From Gaiellaceae bacterium (GTDB lineage: Bacteria > Actinomycetota > Thermoleophilia > Gaiellales > Gaiellaceae): 43,815 nt of DNA. The position numbers were made by a program, and so were the translations under genes. Below the pieces are notes generated by a model. It saw only the letters and a list, made by a program, of their open reading frames with translations. It did not search any database and was not told the origin of the DNA. The stretch spans positions 1 to 43,815 of the forward strand of contig JBOHAW010000124.1 of the NCBI GenBank assembly GCA_050697975.1. The letters run 5' to 3'. The number at the start of each line of letters is the position of its first letter. Position 1 is the stretch's first letter. Shown piece after piece: positions 1-9,009 of this stretch.

Positions 1-302
1 GGGCGCAGATCGCCGCGCTGTACGGGGAGCTCTCACGGCTGCAGCCGTCGCCCGTGATCGCGCTCAACCAGGCGGTCGCGGTGGCCATGGTCGAGGGTCC
101 CGAGCACGGCCTGCGGCTGATCGACGAGATCGACCTGCCCCGGTATCACCTCCTGCACTCGGCCCGCGCGGATCTCCTGCGCCGGCTCGGGCGCACGCGC
201 GAGGCGGCGGAGGCGTACGAGCGGGCGCTCGCGCTCGAGCCGAACGAGACCGAGCGCGCGTTCCTGCGCCGCCGGCTCGCCGCCCTAGAATCGCCTGCGT
301 GA
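1..302 (+). CDS. 3' end of an ECF-type RNA polymerase sigma factor (COG4941/SigJ-like, TPR-like C-terminal region); the 5' end lies outside the window
   Basis: The frame is open from the window edge. The tail IALNQAVAVAMVEGPEHGL..YHLLHSARADLLRRLGRTREAAEAYERALALEPNETERAFLRRRL is the typical C-terminus of this sigma family. Stop TGA at 300-302. Confidence 0.6.
   Translation, partial: AQIAALYGELSRLQPSPVIALNQAVAVAMVEGPEHGLRLIDEIDLPRYHLLHSARADLLRRLGRTREAAEAYERALALEPNETERAFLRRRLAALESPA
286..291 (+). promoter_or_regulatory. -10-like TAGAAT 7 nt upstream of the GTG at 299 (candidate leaderless promoter)
   Basis: Sequence ccCTAGAATcgcctgcGTG. The same arrangement recurs at several other gene starts in this window. 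Confidence 0.4.
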
Positions 303-1153
303 GTCGTCGGTACGGAGGGCAGAGCATGACGGCGCCGCTGCGCCGCGTGCTCGTCCGCCGGCCCCTGGGCACGGAGGCGTGGCGGGAGTTCGGCTGGCGG
401 TCCGAGCCCGACCCGGCTCGACTCGCCACGGAGCACGACGCGTTCTGCGCGCTGCTCGAGGAGGCCGGCGCGGAAGTCGTCCTCGCCGGAACGCCCGTGA
501 ACGGCAACCCGGACGCGATCTACGTCTTCGATCCGGCCATCGTCTCCGACCGCGGCGCGATCCTCCTCCGCCCCGGGAAGGACGGTCGCCGCGGCGAGCC
601 CGAGGCGCTCGCACGCGACTTCGAGGCCGCGGGCGTGCCGGTGGCCGCTCGGCTCGAGGCGCCCGCCTGCGCCGAGGGCGGCGACACGCTCTGGCTGGAC
701 GAGAGCACGCTGCTCGTCGGGCTCGGCTACCGAACCGACACGGCCGGGGCGACCTGGCTCGCGGAGACGCTGCCGGAGGTCGAGGTGCTCCCGTTCGACC
801 TCCCCCACTTCCACGGCCCCGGTGAGGTGCTGCACCTGATGTCCCTGGTCAGCCCGCTCGACCGCGGCCTCGCACTCGTCTACCTGCCGCTGCTGCCGGC
901 GCGGCTGGTCGAGCTGCTCCGCGCGCGCGGGATCGAGCTCGTCGAAGTGCCGGACGAGGAGTTCGAGTCGATGGGCTGCAACGTGCTGGCGCTCGCACCG
1001 CGCGTCGCGCTCGCGCTCGACGGCAACCCGGAGACGCGGCGACGGATGGAGGCGGCCGGCGTCGAGGTGCGCACGTACCGCGGCGAGGAGCTCTCCCGCA
1101 AAGGGGACGGGGGACCGACCTGCCTGACCCGTCCGCTCCTACGAGCCCACTAG
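299..1153 (+). CDS. Amidinotransferase-fold enzyme (dimethylarginine dimethylaminohydrolase / arginine deiminase-like)
   Basis: 284-aa ORF with high GC3. C-terminal catalytic-Cys context GDGGPTCLTRPLLR is typical of the DDAH/ADI/amidinotransferase superfamily. GTG 299 overlaps the upstream stop (GTGA). An alternative ATG lies at 326. Confidence 0.75.
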   Translation: MSRRYGGQSMTAPLRRVLVRRPLGTEAWREFGWRSEPDPARLATEHDAFCALLEEAGAEVVLAGTPVNGNPDAIYVFDPAIVSDRGAILLRPGKDGRRGEPEALARDFEAAGVPVAARLEAPACAEGGDTLWLDESTLLVGLGYRTDTAGATWLAETLPEVEVLPFDLPHFHGPGEVLHLMSLVSPLDRGLALVYLPLLPARLVELLRARGIELVEVPDEEFESMGCNVLALAPRVALALDGNPETRRRMEAAGVEVRTYRGEELSRKGDGGPTCLTRPLLRAH

Positions 1154-1588
1154 CGACACGGCGAGCGCGACCGCCTCGGCGGGGGTCGATGCCCGCTCGA
1201 CGCCGTCGAGGTCCCAGCCCGGCTCGAGAACGACGACCGGTCGCCCGAGCACACGTGCGAACCCGATCTCGGCGAGCGTGCCCCACCTCCCGCCGACGGC
1301 GATGACCGCGTCCCCGGAAGCGACGACGGCGAGGTTCCGACCGTGCCCGATGCCCGTCACGACCGCATGGTCGACCCACTCGTTCGCCGCCGCCCGCGAC
1401 TCGCCCGGCAGGATCCCGATCGTCGTCCCGTTCGCCGCCTTCGCCCCCCGCAAAGCCGCGGCCATCACCTCGCCGAGCCCGCCGGTGACGACCGTGCAGC
1501 CCCGCTCCGCCAGCAGCCGCCCGACCTCCTCTGCGCGCGCCTCGTGCTCCGCGCCGCTGCCGATCACCGAGACCTGCACCGCCCTCAT
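1139..1588 (-). CDS. TIGR00725 / LOG-like Rossmann-fold protein
   Basis: MRAVQVSVIGSG..VVTGGLGEVMAAALRGA..IGILPG..AVIAVGGRWGTLAEI pattern. ATG at 1588 overlaps the stop of the upstream permease gene (ATGA). The long N-terminal extension in the ORF track is rejected. Confidence 0.8.
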   Translation of the reverse strand: MRAVQVSVIGSGAEHEARAEEVGRLLAERGCTVVTGGLGEVMAAALRGAKAANGTTIGILPGESRAAANEWVDHAVVTGIGHGRNLAVVASGDAVIAVGGRWGTLAEIGFARVLGRPVVVLEPGWDLDGVERASTPAEAVALAVSLVGS

Positions 1589-2322
1589 GACGTCCGCCTG
1601 CGCAGAGTGGCCGCGCCGAGCGCGAGCGCCAGCACCGCCGACCCGCAGACGACCAACGCGTCGACGGCGACTCGCGGCCCGACGTCGTCCAGCAGTGCCG
1701 TGCGCTCGAGCGCGTCGTACGCGTACGTGAGGGGCAGGGCGTAAGAGACGAGCTCGAGCACGCGCTCCATCTGCCCGCGGGGCACGAACAGGCCGCACAG
1801 GAGCAGCTGCGGGAAGACGAACGCCGGCAGAAACTGCACCGCCTGGAACTCGGTTCGGGCGAACGCGCTCGCGAACAGTCCGAGTGCCATCCCGAGTACG
1901 GCGTTGGCGACCGCGAGCAGGACGACGAGCCAGACCGGCCCGGCCACGTCGAGGCCGAGCAGCCAGAGGCCCACGGCGGAGACCAGGGTCGCCTGGACCA
2001 CGGCGACGAGCGCGAACGCAACTCCGTACCCGAGCAGCAGGTCGAGCTTCGCCAGCGGCATCGTCATCAGGCGCTCGAGCGTGCCCGAGGTCCGCTCGCG
2101 CAGCATCGCGACCGTCGTGATCACGAACATGAGGATGAACGGGAAGAGGCCGAGCATCGGCCCGCCGATCCGCTGGAACGTCTCCTCGCGGCCGTCGAAC
2201 ACGTACCTGAGGAGCGTCAGCAGCAGGCAGGGGACGATGAAGAGGAGCGCCACCGTGCGCGGGTCGCGGCGGAGCTGGCGCAGGACTCTCGCGGCCGTCG
2301 CGAACGTGACCCGCGCCGTCAC
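1585..2322 (-). CDS. ABC-2 type transporter permease
   Basis: 245 aa with about six hydrophobic segments. 4-nt overlap with the upstream ATPase gene and with the downstream gene. Confidence 0.85.
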   Translation of the reverse strand: MTARVTFATAARVLRQLRRDPRTVALLFIVPCLLLTLLRYVFDGREETFQRIGGPMLGLFPFILMFVITTVAMLRERTSGTLERLMTMPLAKLDLLLGYGVAFALVAVVQATLVSAVGLWLLGLDVAGPVWLVVLLAVANAVLGMALGLFASAFARTEFQAVQFLPAFVFPQLLLCGLFVPRGQMERVLELVSYALPLTYAYDALERTALLDDVGPRVAVDALVVCGSAVLALALGAATLRRRTS

Positions 2323-3026
2323 TCCGCCTCCGCGAGCGCAAGAAAGGCCTCGTCGAGGTCGCGGGCGCCCGTCCGGGCACGGAGGGTCGCGGGCGACTCG
2401 TCGGCGACGAGGGCGCCCGCGCGGAGCAGGAGCAGATGGTCGCAGCGGTCTGCCTCGTCCATCACGTGGCTGGAGACGAGGAGCGTCGCCCCCGACCCGG
2501 CCAGACGGTGAAACGTGTCCCAGAGGTCGCGCCGGAGCACGGGATCGAGCCCCACGGTCGGCTCGTCGAGCACGAGCAGCGCGGGCTCGCCGTGCAGGGC
2601 CGAGGCGAGCGACACGCGCGAGCTCTCTCCGCCTGACAGCGTCCGTACGACCTGCCCCACGTGCCGGTCGAGCCCGACCGTGGCGACGACCTCGTCGATC
2701 CGGGCCGCCGGGGCGTCGAGGATCCGCGCGAAGTAGGCCAGGTTCTCGCGCACGCTGAGATCGCCGTAGACCGACGGGGCCTGGGTGACGTAGCCCACAC
2801 GTGCCCGCAGCGCGGGCGAGCCCGCCGGCTCGCCGAGCACCTCGGTGCGGCCGGAGGCGACCACCTGGACGCCGACGATCGCGCGCATCAGCGTCGTCTT
2901 CCCGGATCCGCTCGGCCCGAGGAGACCGGTGACCGTGCCCGCCTCGACGGCGAAGGAGAGGCCGCGGAGCACGAGCTCGCCGCCGCGGTCGACGCGCAGG
3001 CGCTCGACGCGGATCGCCTCAGCCAT
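2319..3026 (-). CDS. ABC transporter ATP-binding protein (DrrA-like)
   Basis: Walker A GPSGSGKTT, signature LSGGESSRV, Walker B LLVLDEPT. The start is taken at ATG 3026 (MAEAIRVERL) rather than the Arg-rich upstream extension. Confidence 0.9.
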   Translation of the reverse strand: MAEAIRVERLRVDRGGELVLRGLSFAVEAGTVTGLLGPSGSGKTTLMRAIVGVQVVASGRTEVLGEPAGSPALRARVGYVTQAPSVYGDLSVRENLAYFARILDAPAARIDEVVATVGLDRHVGQVVRTLSGGESSRVSLASALHGEPALLVLDEPTVGLDPVLRRDLWDTFHRLAGSGATLLVSSHVMDEADRCDHLLLLRAGALVADESPATLRARTGARDLDEAFLALAEAE

Positions 3027-3036
3027 CCCGCGGCCG

Positions 3037-3046
3037 ATGATAGAAG
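3037..3046. promoter_or_regulatory. Overlapping divergent -10-like boxes (TATCAT on the - strand, TGaTAGAAG on the + strand) in a 26-bp intergenic spacer
   Basis: cggccgATGATAGAAGctgagcATG. The box ends 6 nt before ndh ATG 3053 and 10 nt before the ABC ATPase ATG 3026. Confidence 0.35.
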
Positions 3047-3052
3047 CTGAGC

Positions 3053-4354
3053 ATGGTGACGCGGCGCTCGGCACGCGGAGGCGTGGTCGTCGTCGGCGGG
3101 GGGTTCGCCGGCGGCTACGTCGCACGGCTGCTGGGCCGGCGCGGTGCCACGATCGTGAGCCGCGAGAACTTCATGCTCTACACGCCCATCCTGCCGGAGG
3201 CCGCCTCGGGCACGCTCGAGCCGCGTCACGTCGTCGTTCCGCTGCGCCAGATGTGCCCCCACGCGGAGCTCGTGCTCGGCCGGGCGACCGCGCTCGACGA
3301 GGAGCAGCGCGCGGTCACGGTCCAGACGGACGTGGGCACGTTCGAGATCGAGTACGAGCAGATCGTGCTCGCGCTCGGCGCCGTCTCGCGCACGTTGCCG
3401 ATCCCCGGCCTCGCCGAGCACGGACTGGCCTTCAAGAGCCTGCCGGACGCAATTCACCTGCGGAACCACGTCCTCCGCCGGCTCGAGGCGGCCGACGAGA
3501 CGCTCGATCCGGCGCAGGCCGCGCGCGCGCTGACGTTCGTCTTCGTGGGCGCGGGCTACGCCGGCGTGGAGGCGCTGGCCGAGCTCTCCGACCTCGTGCG
3601 GGACGCGCTCCGGTTCTACCCGAAGCTGCGCACGGCGCCCCAGCGCTGGATCCTCGTCGACGCGGCCCCGAAGATTCTCCCGGAGATCCCCCGCTCACTC
3701 GGCGACTACGCGGCACGAGAGCTTGCCCGCCGCGGCGTCGACATCCGCGTCGAGACCCGGCTCGAGCAGGTGGACGAGACGTCCGTGACGCTCTCCGACG
3801 GCGATCGGATCGACGCGGCCACACTCGTCTGGACGGCCGGTGTGAAGGCTCACCCGATGCTCGGCCCCCTCGGGCTCCCGCTCGACGATCGCGGCCGGGT
3901 GGTCGTCGACGAGCTCCTGCGCGTCCGGGAACGCTCGAACGTCTGGGCCATCGGCGATTGCGCGCGCGTTCCCAACCTGGCGACGCCGGGCCGGCCCGAC
4001 CCGCCGACGTGCCAGCATGCGCTCCGCCAGGCGCGGCGACTGGCGAAGAATCTCCAGGGCGACGTCGAGCCGTACCGCTACCGGATGCTCGGCCAGGTGG
4101 CGACGCTCGGCCGGCACCGCGGGATCGCCGAGGTGCCGGGCGCGCACCTGCGCGGCTTTCCGGGGTGGTTCGTCTGCCGCACCTACCACCTCTACCAGTT
4201 GCCGCTGCTCACGCGGAAGCTCCGGGTGATGGTCGACTGGACGGTGGCGCTGTTCTTCCGCCGCGACATCGCGGAGCTGAGCATGCTGGGGCACCCGCCC
4301 GGGCTCCGTGACGATCCGGAGGGCGGCGGCGGCGTCACCCGTTCGGGTGGCTAG
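3053..4354 (+). CDS. ndh: Type II NADH dehydrogenase (NAD(P)/FAD-dependent oxidoreductase)
   Basis: Two dinucleotide-binding motifs, VVVVGGGFAGG and FVFVGAGYAGVE, plus WAIGDCA. 433 aa. Confidence 0.9.
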   Translation: MVTRRSARGGVVVVGGGFAGGYVARLLGRRGATIVSRENFMLYTPILPEAASGTLEPRHVVVPLRQMCPHAELVLGRATALDEEQRAVTVQTDVGTFEIEYEQIVLALGAVSRTLPIPGLAEHGLAFKSLPDAIHLRNHVLRRLEAADETLDPAQAARALTFVFVGAGYAGVEALAELSDLVRDALRFYPKLRTAPQRWILVDAAPKILPEIPRSLGDYAARELARRGVDIRVETRLEQVDETSVTLSDGDRIDAATLVWTAGVKAHPMLGPLGLPLDDRGRVVVDELLRVRERSNVWAIGDCARVPNLATPGRPDPPTCQHALRQARRLAKNLQGDVEPYRYRMLGQVATLGRHRGIAEVPGAHLRGFPGWFVCRTYHLYQLPLLTRKLRVMVDWTVALFFRRDIAELSMLGHPPGLRDDPEGGGGVTRSGG

Positions 4355-4384
4355 CCGACCCTCGCGGAGGCCGATGCGACTGCG

Positions 4385-5818
4385 ATGCGGCGCTTTGTCA
4401 GCGAGCCCGTTCTGGCCTTCGCCGCCGCCTGCGCCGTCGCGCCTCCGGCGCTGATCCATTTCTTCTCCCGCCAGCAGGTGTCCCTGGCCGGCGAGCTCCA
4501 CTTCGCCGCCGTCGGCCTGAGCGCGCTCGCCGCGATGGGCGCGTCGGTGGCGCTCACCGTCGCCGGGGCGCGACGCGGCGACGGGCGGACGGTTCTCGTC
4601 GGGACGGCCTTCTCCGTCATGGCCGGGCTGCTCGTCATCCACGGTCTCGCGACGCCCGGCATGCTCGTGGGCCAGAACGGGGTCATTGCGTTCTCGGGAG
4701 CCGCGACGCTCCCCGTCGGCGGGGCCATTCTCGTGCTCTGCACGCTCGGCTCGCTCCGCCGGCCCGGCGTCGTCCGGCCGCTACTCGTCCTCCAGGGGCT
4801 CCTGCTCGCAGGCGTGGTCGCTCTCGGCGCCGTCGGAATGCTCGTCCCGACCGCCGTGCCCAGCGTCCCCGAGCCGGGCGGCGCGCTCGCGCTCGCCGCT
4901 CTCGCGACCGGCCTTGCGCTGTACGGGCTCGTCGCCGTGCGCGCGATCACCACGTACCTCCTGACACGCCGCTTCGCCGACCTCGCCGTCGTCGTCGGCA
5001 TCGGCTGGCTCGCAGCCGCGCTCGTGGCCGCGCTGATGCTGGACTACCGCGAGCTCGGATGGTGGATCGGCCACGGCCTCGAGGTCCTCGGCATCGCCGC
5101 CGTCGGCGTCCCCGTCGCGCTCGACCTGCACCGCGGCGCCCCGTCGCGGCCTCTCCTCGGCGACCTCCGGGCAGCCGAGCTCGTGGCCGCCGAAGAGGGC
5201 TTCCTCGGCTCGCAGGTGCGAGCGCTCACGCGCCTGCTCGCGCAGCGCGACACGTACACGGAGGAGCACACGCGACGCGTCGCCCTTCGCGCCGTGCAGG
5301 TCGGCGAGCGCCTCGGACTGTCGCCCGGCCGCCTGCGGACGCTGGCGGTGGGCGGGCTCCTGCACGACATGGGCAAGCTGTCCGTGCCGGACGCGATCCT
5401 CAAGAAGCCGGCCGCGCTGACGGACGACGAGTACGCGGTCGTGAAACGGCATCCGGAGTGGGGCGACCAGCTGCTCGCCGAGCTGAGGTTCTCGGCGGAG
5501 CTACGGCGGCTCGTCCTCGATCACCACGAGCGGCTCGACGGCAGCGGCTATCCGCGCGGCCTGTGCGCCGCGGCGCTCGATCTCGAGACGCGGATCCTGG
5601 CCGTCTGCGACGTCTACGACGCGCTGATCTCGACGCGCGTGTACCGCGCCGCCTGGACGCACGAGCGCGCGATCGCGCTCCTCCGCGAGCAGGCCGGCTC
5701 GGCCTTCGACGCGCAGTGCGTGACCGCTCTCGCCGAGGTCGTCGCCCCGACGGCCACGGTGGCCGACATCACTTCGGTCCGTCAGGCGCGAACGCAGCGG
5801 GCAGCCCCCGCCGCGTGA
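4385..5818 (+). CDS. Membrane-anchored HD-GYP domain protein (probable c-di-GMP phosphodiesterase)
   Basis: The N-terminal ~250 aa are polytopic and hydrophobic. The C-terminal part carries HDMGKLSVPDAIL and HHERLDGSGYPRGL (HD-GYP). Confidence 0.85.
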   Translation: MRRFVSEPVLAFAAACAVAPPALIHFFSRQQVSLAGELHFAAVGLSALAAMGASVALTVAGARRGDGRTVLVGTAFSVMAGLLVIHGLATPGMLVGQNGVIAFSGAATLPVGGAILVLCTLGSLRRPGVVRPLLVLQGLLLAGVVALGAVGMLVPTAVPSVPEPGGALALAALATGLALYGLVAVRAITTYLLTRRFADLAVVVGIGWLAAALVAALMLDYRELGWWIGHGLEVLGIAAVGVPVALDLHRGAPSRPLLGDLRAAELVAAEEGFLGSQVRALTRLLAQRDTYTEEHTRRVALRAVQVGERLGLSPGRLRTLAVGGLLHDMGKLSVPDAILKKPAALTDDEYAVVKRHPEWGDQLLAELRFSAELRRLVLDHHERLDGSGYPRGLCAAALDLETRILAVCDVYDALISTRVYRAAWTHERAIALLREQAGSAFDAQCVTALAEVVAPTATVADITSVRQARTQRAAPAA

Positions 5819-6635
5819 ACCAGGCGACCATCGCGATCTGAGGCGGCTTCTCCGTCCCGTAGTGCATCGCGTCGACGAGGGCGACGCCGCGCTCCTCGGC
5901 GAGGAGACGGAACTCGCGCACGGCCTCCTGGACGAAATCGAGCCTGCAGTTCGTGGCGGCGTTGCCGGTCACGTAGGTCTGGCAGCCGCGCTCGAGCGCC
6001 TGCTCGAGCGCATCCCGATCGGCGCCGCCGCCGGCCACAACCGCCACGCGACCGGCCTCGGAACGCGGCCGGGTGAGGACGTGCACCCGGATCTCGGCCC
6101 CCAGAAACGCGCGCAGCGCCTCCGCGAGCCCCTCCAGCGTGAGCCGGCTCTCGCCGATCACCGCGGCGCCGCCGGGAATGCCCTCGGCGATCGGGAAGAA
6201 CTCCTCGAGCTGCTCGAGACCGACGCCCTGCGCGCAGAGCCGGGACGGCGAGATCTCCGGGTGCATGTCCAGCGGCGCGTGCGCGTGGTAGAAGCCGATC
6301 CCGCGCTCCCGCATCGCCTCGAAGCTCTCCCTCGAGAGCGGGAGGAAGCCGGGCTCGTCGGCGAAGTCCAGCGGATGCTCCGAGAAGAGCAGCGTGCGCG
6401 GCTCCAGCTCGGCGACGATCCGGTCGCTCGGGAACACGCAGGTGACGGCCCGCTCGATCTCGTCGGCGCCGCGAACCATCAGTCCGTTCCAGCGACCCTC
6501 GTAGCCGGGCTCGACGTACTCGCGCCAGTACGGCTCCGGATAGCAGGCCTCGAACCCCGGCAGCCAGTCGTCGCCTCGCACGTCGGCCATGCGGAAGTAG
6601 TCGTCGAGCTCGCGGACGACGTCGTCGAGCCTCAC
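5769..6635 (-). CDS. Nif3-like dinuclear metal centre protein
   Basis: SEHPLDF, YHAHAPLDMHPE, YVTGN and DAMHYGTEKP motifs. GTG 6635 (VRLDDVVRELDDYF) overlaps the ligD stop (GTGA). An alternative ATG lies at 6590. Confidence 0.8.
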   Translation of the reverse strand: MRLDDVVRELDDYFRMADVRGDDWLPGFEACYPEPYWREYVEPGYEGRWNGLMVRGADEIERAVTCVFPSDRIVAELEPRTLLFSEHPLDFADEPGFLPLSRESFEAMRERGIGFYHAHAPLDMHPEISPSRLCAQGVGLEQLEEFFPIAEGIPGGAAVIGESRLTLEGLAEALRAFLGAEIRVHVLTRPRSEAGRVAVVAGGGADRDALEQALERGCQTYVTGNAATNCRLDFVQEAVREFRLLAEERGVALVDAMHYGTEKPPQIAMVAWFTRRGLPAAFAPDGPK

Positions 6636-8971
6636 TGCATCGACTTTAGGGCCGCCCCCAGCGACTGTCGAGTCGTCAGCACGCCGGCGAAGAGGTCGCC
6701 GTGCTCGCGGACGCGCGCGCGCACCGCGTCCATCGTGAACGCGGCGGGGTCGAGCGTCTCGTTCACCTCGTTCCAGCGCAGAGGGGTGGACACCGGCGCG
6801 CCCGGCTTCGGCCGCACGGAGTAGACCGAGGCGATCGTCTTTCCCTCCCCGTTCTGGTTCGCGTCGATCAGGACTCCCCGGCGCTTCGCCTTCGTCCACT
6901 CCGTGGTCGCCAGGCCGCGGTGCGTGCGCGCGATCGCGCCGGCGACGATCTCGGCGAACTCGCGCGTGTCGTCGTAGGTCGCCCGCCGCTCGATCGGCAC
7001 GAGCACGTGCATGCCCTCGGAGCCGCTCGTCTTCGGGAAGCCCGTCAGCCCGAGCGCGTCGAGCGCCTGCTTGACGAGCAGCGCCACCTCGACCGTCTCG
7101 GGAAAGCCCACGTCCGGCGAGGGGTCGAGATCGAACAGCACCCAGTCGGGGCGCTCCGGCCGGTCGACGCGCGAGTACCAGGTGTTCATGTCGATGCAGC
7201 CCATGTTCACCATCCAGAGCAGGGCCAGCTCGTCGTTCACCAGCGCGTACTCGATCATCCGCTTCTCCCGGCTCTCGCGCGAGCTGGAGAGATACGCCCG
7301 CCGCGGGATCCAGGCGGGCATGTGCTTGGGCGCGTCCTTCTGGAAGAAGAAGTTGCCGGTCCAGCCGTCGGGATAGCGCTTCATCGTGAACGGGCGGTTC
7401 TCGAGATGGGAAACGAGCACGGGCGCGACGGCGCGGTAGTACGCGAGCAGGTCGCCCTTGGTGATTCCCTCCTCCGGCCAGAAGGGCTTGTCCAGATTCG
7501 ACAGCTTGAGCACGCGGCGGCCCTGGCGGATCTCATCCGGGAGCGGCTCCTCGACCTCGACCTCGTCGGCTCCCTTGTCCTCGCGCAGCCCCTTGTACAC
7601 CGGCGCGCGCAGGTGGCCGTCGTGCGTCCACTGGCCGAACTCGACCTCGCAGACGAGCTCGGGCTCGACCCAGACGACGTCGCCCTTGCGCACCTTCGGC
7701 ATCTTCGGCACGGTCGGAAAGGGAGAGTCCGCCCGCTCGAGTGGACGGAGCTTTGCGAGCAAGGTGTCGATCTCGGCCGCGTCGAAGCCGGTGCCGCAGT
7801 TGCCGACGTAGCGCAGGTCCCCCGCCTCTTGGACCGCCAGGACGAGGGACCCGAAGCGCCCCGAGCGGTTGCCCTGGCCCTTCGTGTATCCGGCGACCAC
7901 GAACTCCTGACCCTCATGGGTCTTGATCTTGAGCCAGTCCCGGCTCCGCTTTCCCGGGAGGTAGCGCGACCCCGCCCGCTTGGCGATCACGCCCTCGAGC
8001 CCCTGCTCCTTCGCAGCCGCGAGCAGGGCCTCGCCGTCGTCGAACGCCTCCGACAGCCGCACCGTCCGCGAGCGCCGGTCGACCAGGCGCTCGAGGCGTT
8101 TCCTGCGCTCGGTGAGCGGCAGGTCGACGAGCGGCTCCCCCTCCACCTCGAGCACGTCGAAGACGTAGAGCGCGAGCCCGTGACTGCGCCCGGTCTGCAT
8201 CGCGGAGAAGCTCGCGCGACCCCGCTCGTCGAGGGCGCAGACCTCGGCGTCGAGCACGCAGTCGGGCGTCCTGACCGCCTTCTCGACCGCCCGCGCCACC
8301 TCCGCGAAGCGGCCCGTGAGGTCGTTGCCGTTGCGGCTCGTGAGCCCGACTTCGCCGCCGCGGATCGTCACCAGCGCGCGGTAGCCGTCCCATTTCACCT
8401 CGAAGAGCCAGTCGTCGCCGCGCGGCACCTCCTTGGCCAGCGACGCGAGCATCGGGAAATACTCTCGCCGCTCCGAGGAACCTCGTGACGGTCTGTCACC
8501 TGGCTCCGTCTGATCGCGCTTGCGGATCAGGAGCCAGTTCTTCGGGTCGCCGGACAGCCTGGCCGGAACGAGCGCCCACGTTCCCTGCAGCCGTTCGCCC
8601 GCGAGCCGCACGGTCAACCCGCCGTCGCGCTTCTCCTCGACCAGCTCGTACGTCCCGCGGTCCCAGATCTCGACGAGCCCCGCGCCGTAGTTCCCCTTCG
8701 GGATCTCGCCCTCGAAGGTTGCGTACTCCAGCGGATGGTCCTCGACGTGGACGGCCAGGTGCTGCTGGCCCGGCTCGAGCGGCACGCCCTTCGGCACGGC
8801 CCAGGAGGCGAGAGCTCCGTCGCGCTCGAGCCGGAGGTCGTAGTGAAGGCGCCGGGCATCGTGGCGCTGGACGACGAAGATCGGCTCGCGCTCGCGCTTG
8901 CGCCGGCCGCCGAAGGGCTCCGGCGTGCCGCCCGGCTTGCGCTTCCGTCGGTAGTCGTCCAGCTTCGCCAT
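6632..8971 (-). CDS. ligD: Multidomain ATP-dependent DNA ligase LigD (phosphoesterase - ligase - polymerase/primase)
   Basis: N-terminal phosphoesterase domain FVVQRHDARRLHYDLRLE..WAVPKG. Ligase motif FEVKWDGYRAL (KxDG). C-terminal LigD polymerase region. The start is taken at ATG 8971 (MAKLDDYRRKRK); the upstream part of the 924-aa ORF belongs to a gene relic. Confidence 0.9.
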   Translation of the reverse strand: MAKLDDYRRKRKPGGTPEPFGGRRKREREPIFVVQRHDARRLHYDLRLERDGALASWAVPKGVPLEPGQQHLAVHVEDHPLEYATFEGEIPKGNYGAGLVEIWDRGTYELVEEKRDGGLTVRLAGERLQGTWALVPARLSGDPKNWLLIRKRDQTEPGDRPSRGSSERREYFPMLASLAKEVPRGDDWLFEVKWDGYRALVTIRGGEVGLTSRNGNDLTGRFAEVARAVEKAVRTPDCVLDAEVCALDERGRASFSAMQTGRSHGLALYVFDVLEVEGEPLVDLPLTERRKRLERLVDRRSRTVRLSEAFDDGEALLAAAKEQGLEGVIAKRAGSRYLPGKRSRDWLKIKTHEGQEFVVAGYTKGQGNRSGRFGSLVLAVQEAGDLRYVGNCGTGFDAAEIDTLLAKLRPLERADSPFPTVPKMPKVRKGDVVWVEPELVCEVEFGQWTHDGHLRAPVYKGLREDKGADEVEVEEPLPDEIRQGRRVLKLSNLDKPFWPEEGITKGDLLAYYRAVAPVLVSHLENRPFTMKRYPDGWTGNFFFQKDAPKHMPAWIPRRAYLSSSRESREKRMIEYALVNDELALLWMVNMGCIDMNTWYSRVDRPERPDWVLFDLDPSPDVGFPETVEVALLVKQALDALGLTGFPKTSGSEGMHVLVPIERRATYDDTREFAEIVAGAIARTHRGLATTEWTKAKRRGVLIDANQNGEGKTIASVYSVRPKPGAPVSTPLRWNEVNETLDPAAFTMDAVRARVREHGDLFAGVLTTRQSLGAALKSMQ

Positions 8972-9009
8972 CGTGCTAAATGTGCCACGCCCGGCGTGAG
9001 CCGGGACGA

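Noticed and set aside
6701-8488. 595-aa + strand ORF opposite ligD, and similar ORFs at 31626-33236, 9211-10548, 10349-11356, 849-2021 and 146-835
   Set aside because: All are antisense or off-frame to genes with clear family signatures. None has a recognisable motif or a plausible start context.
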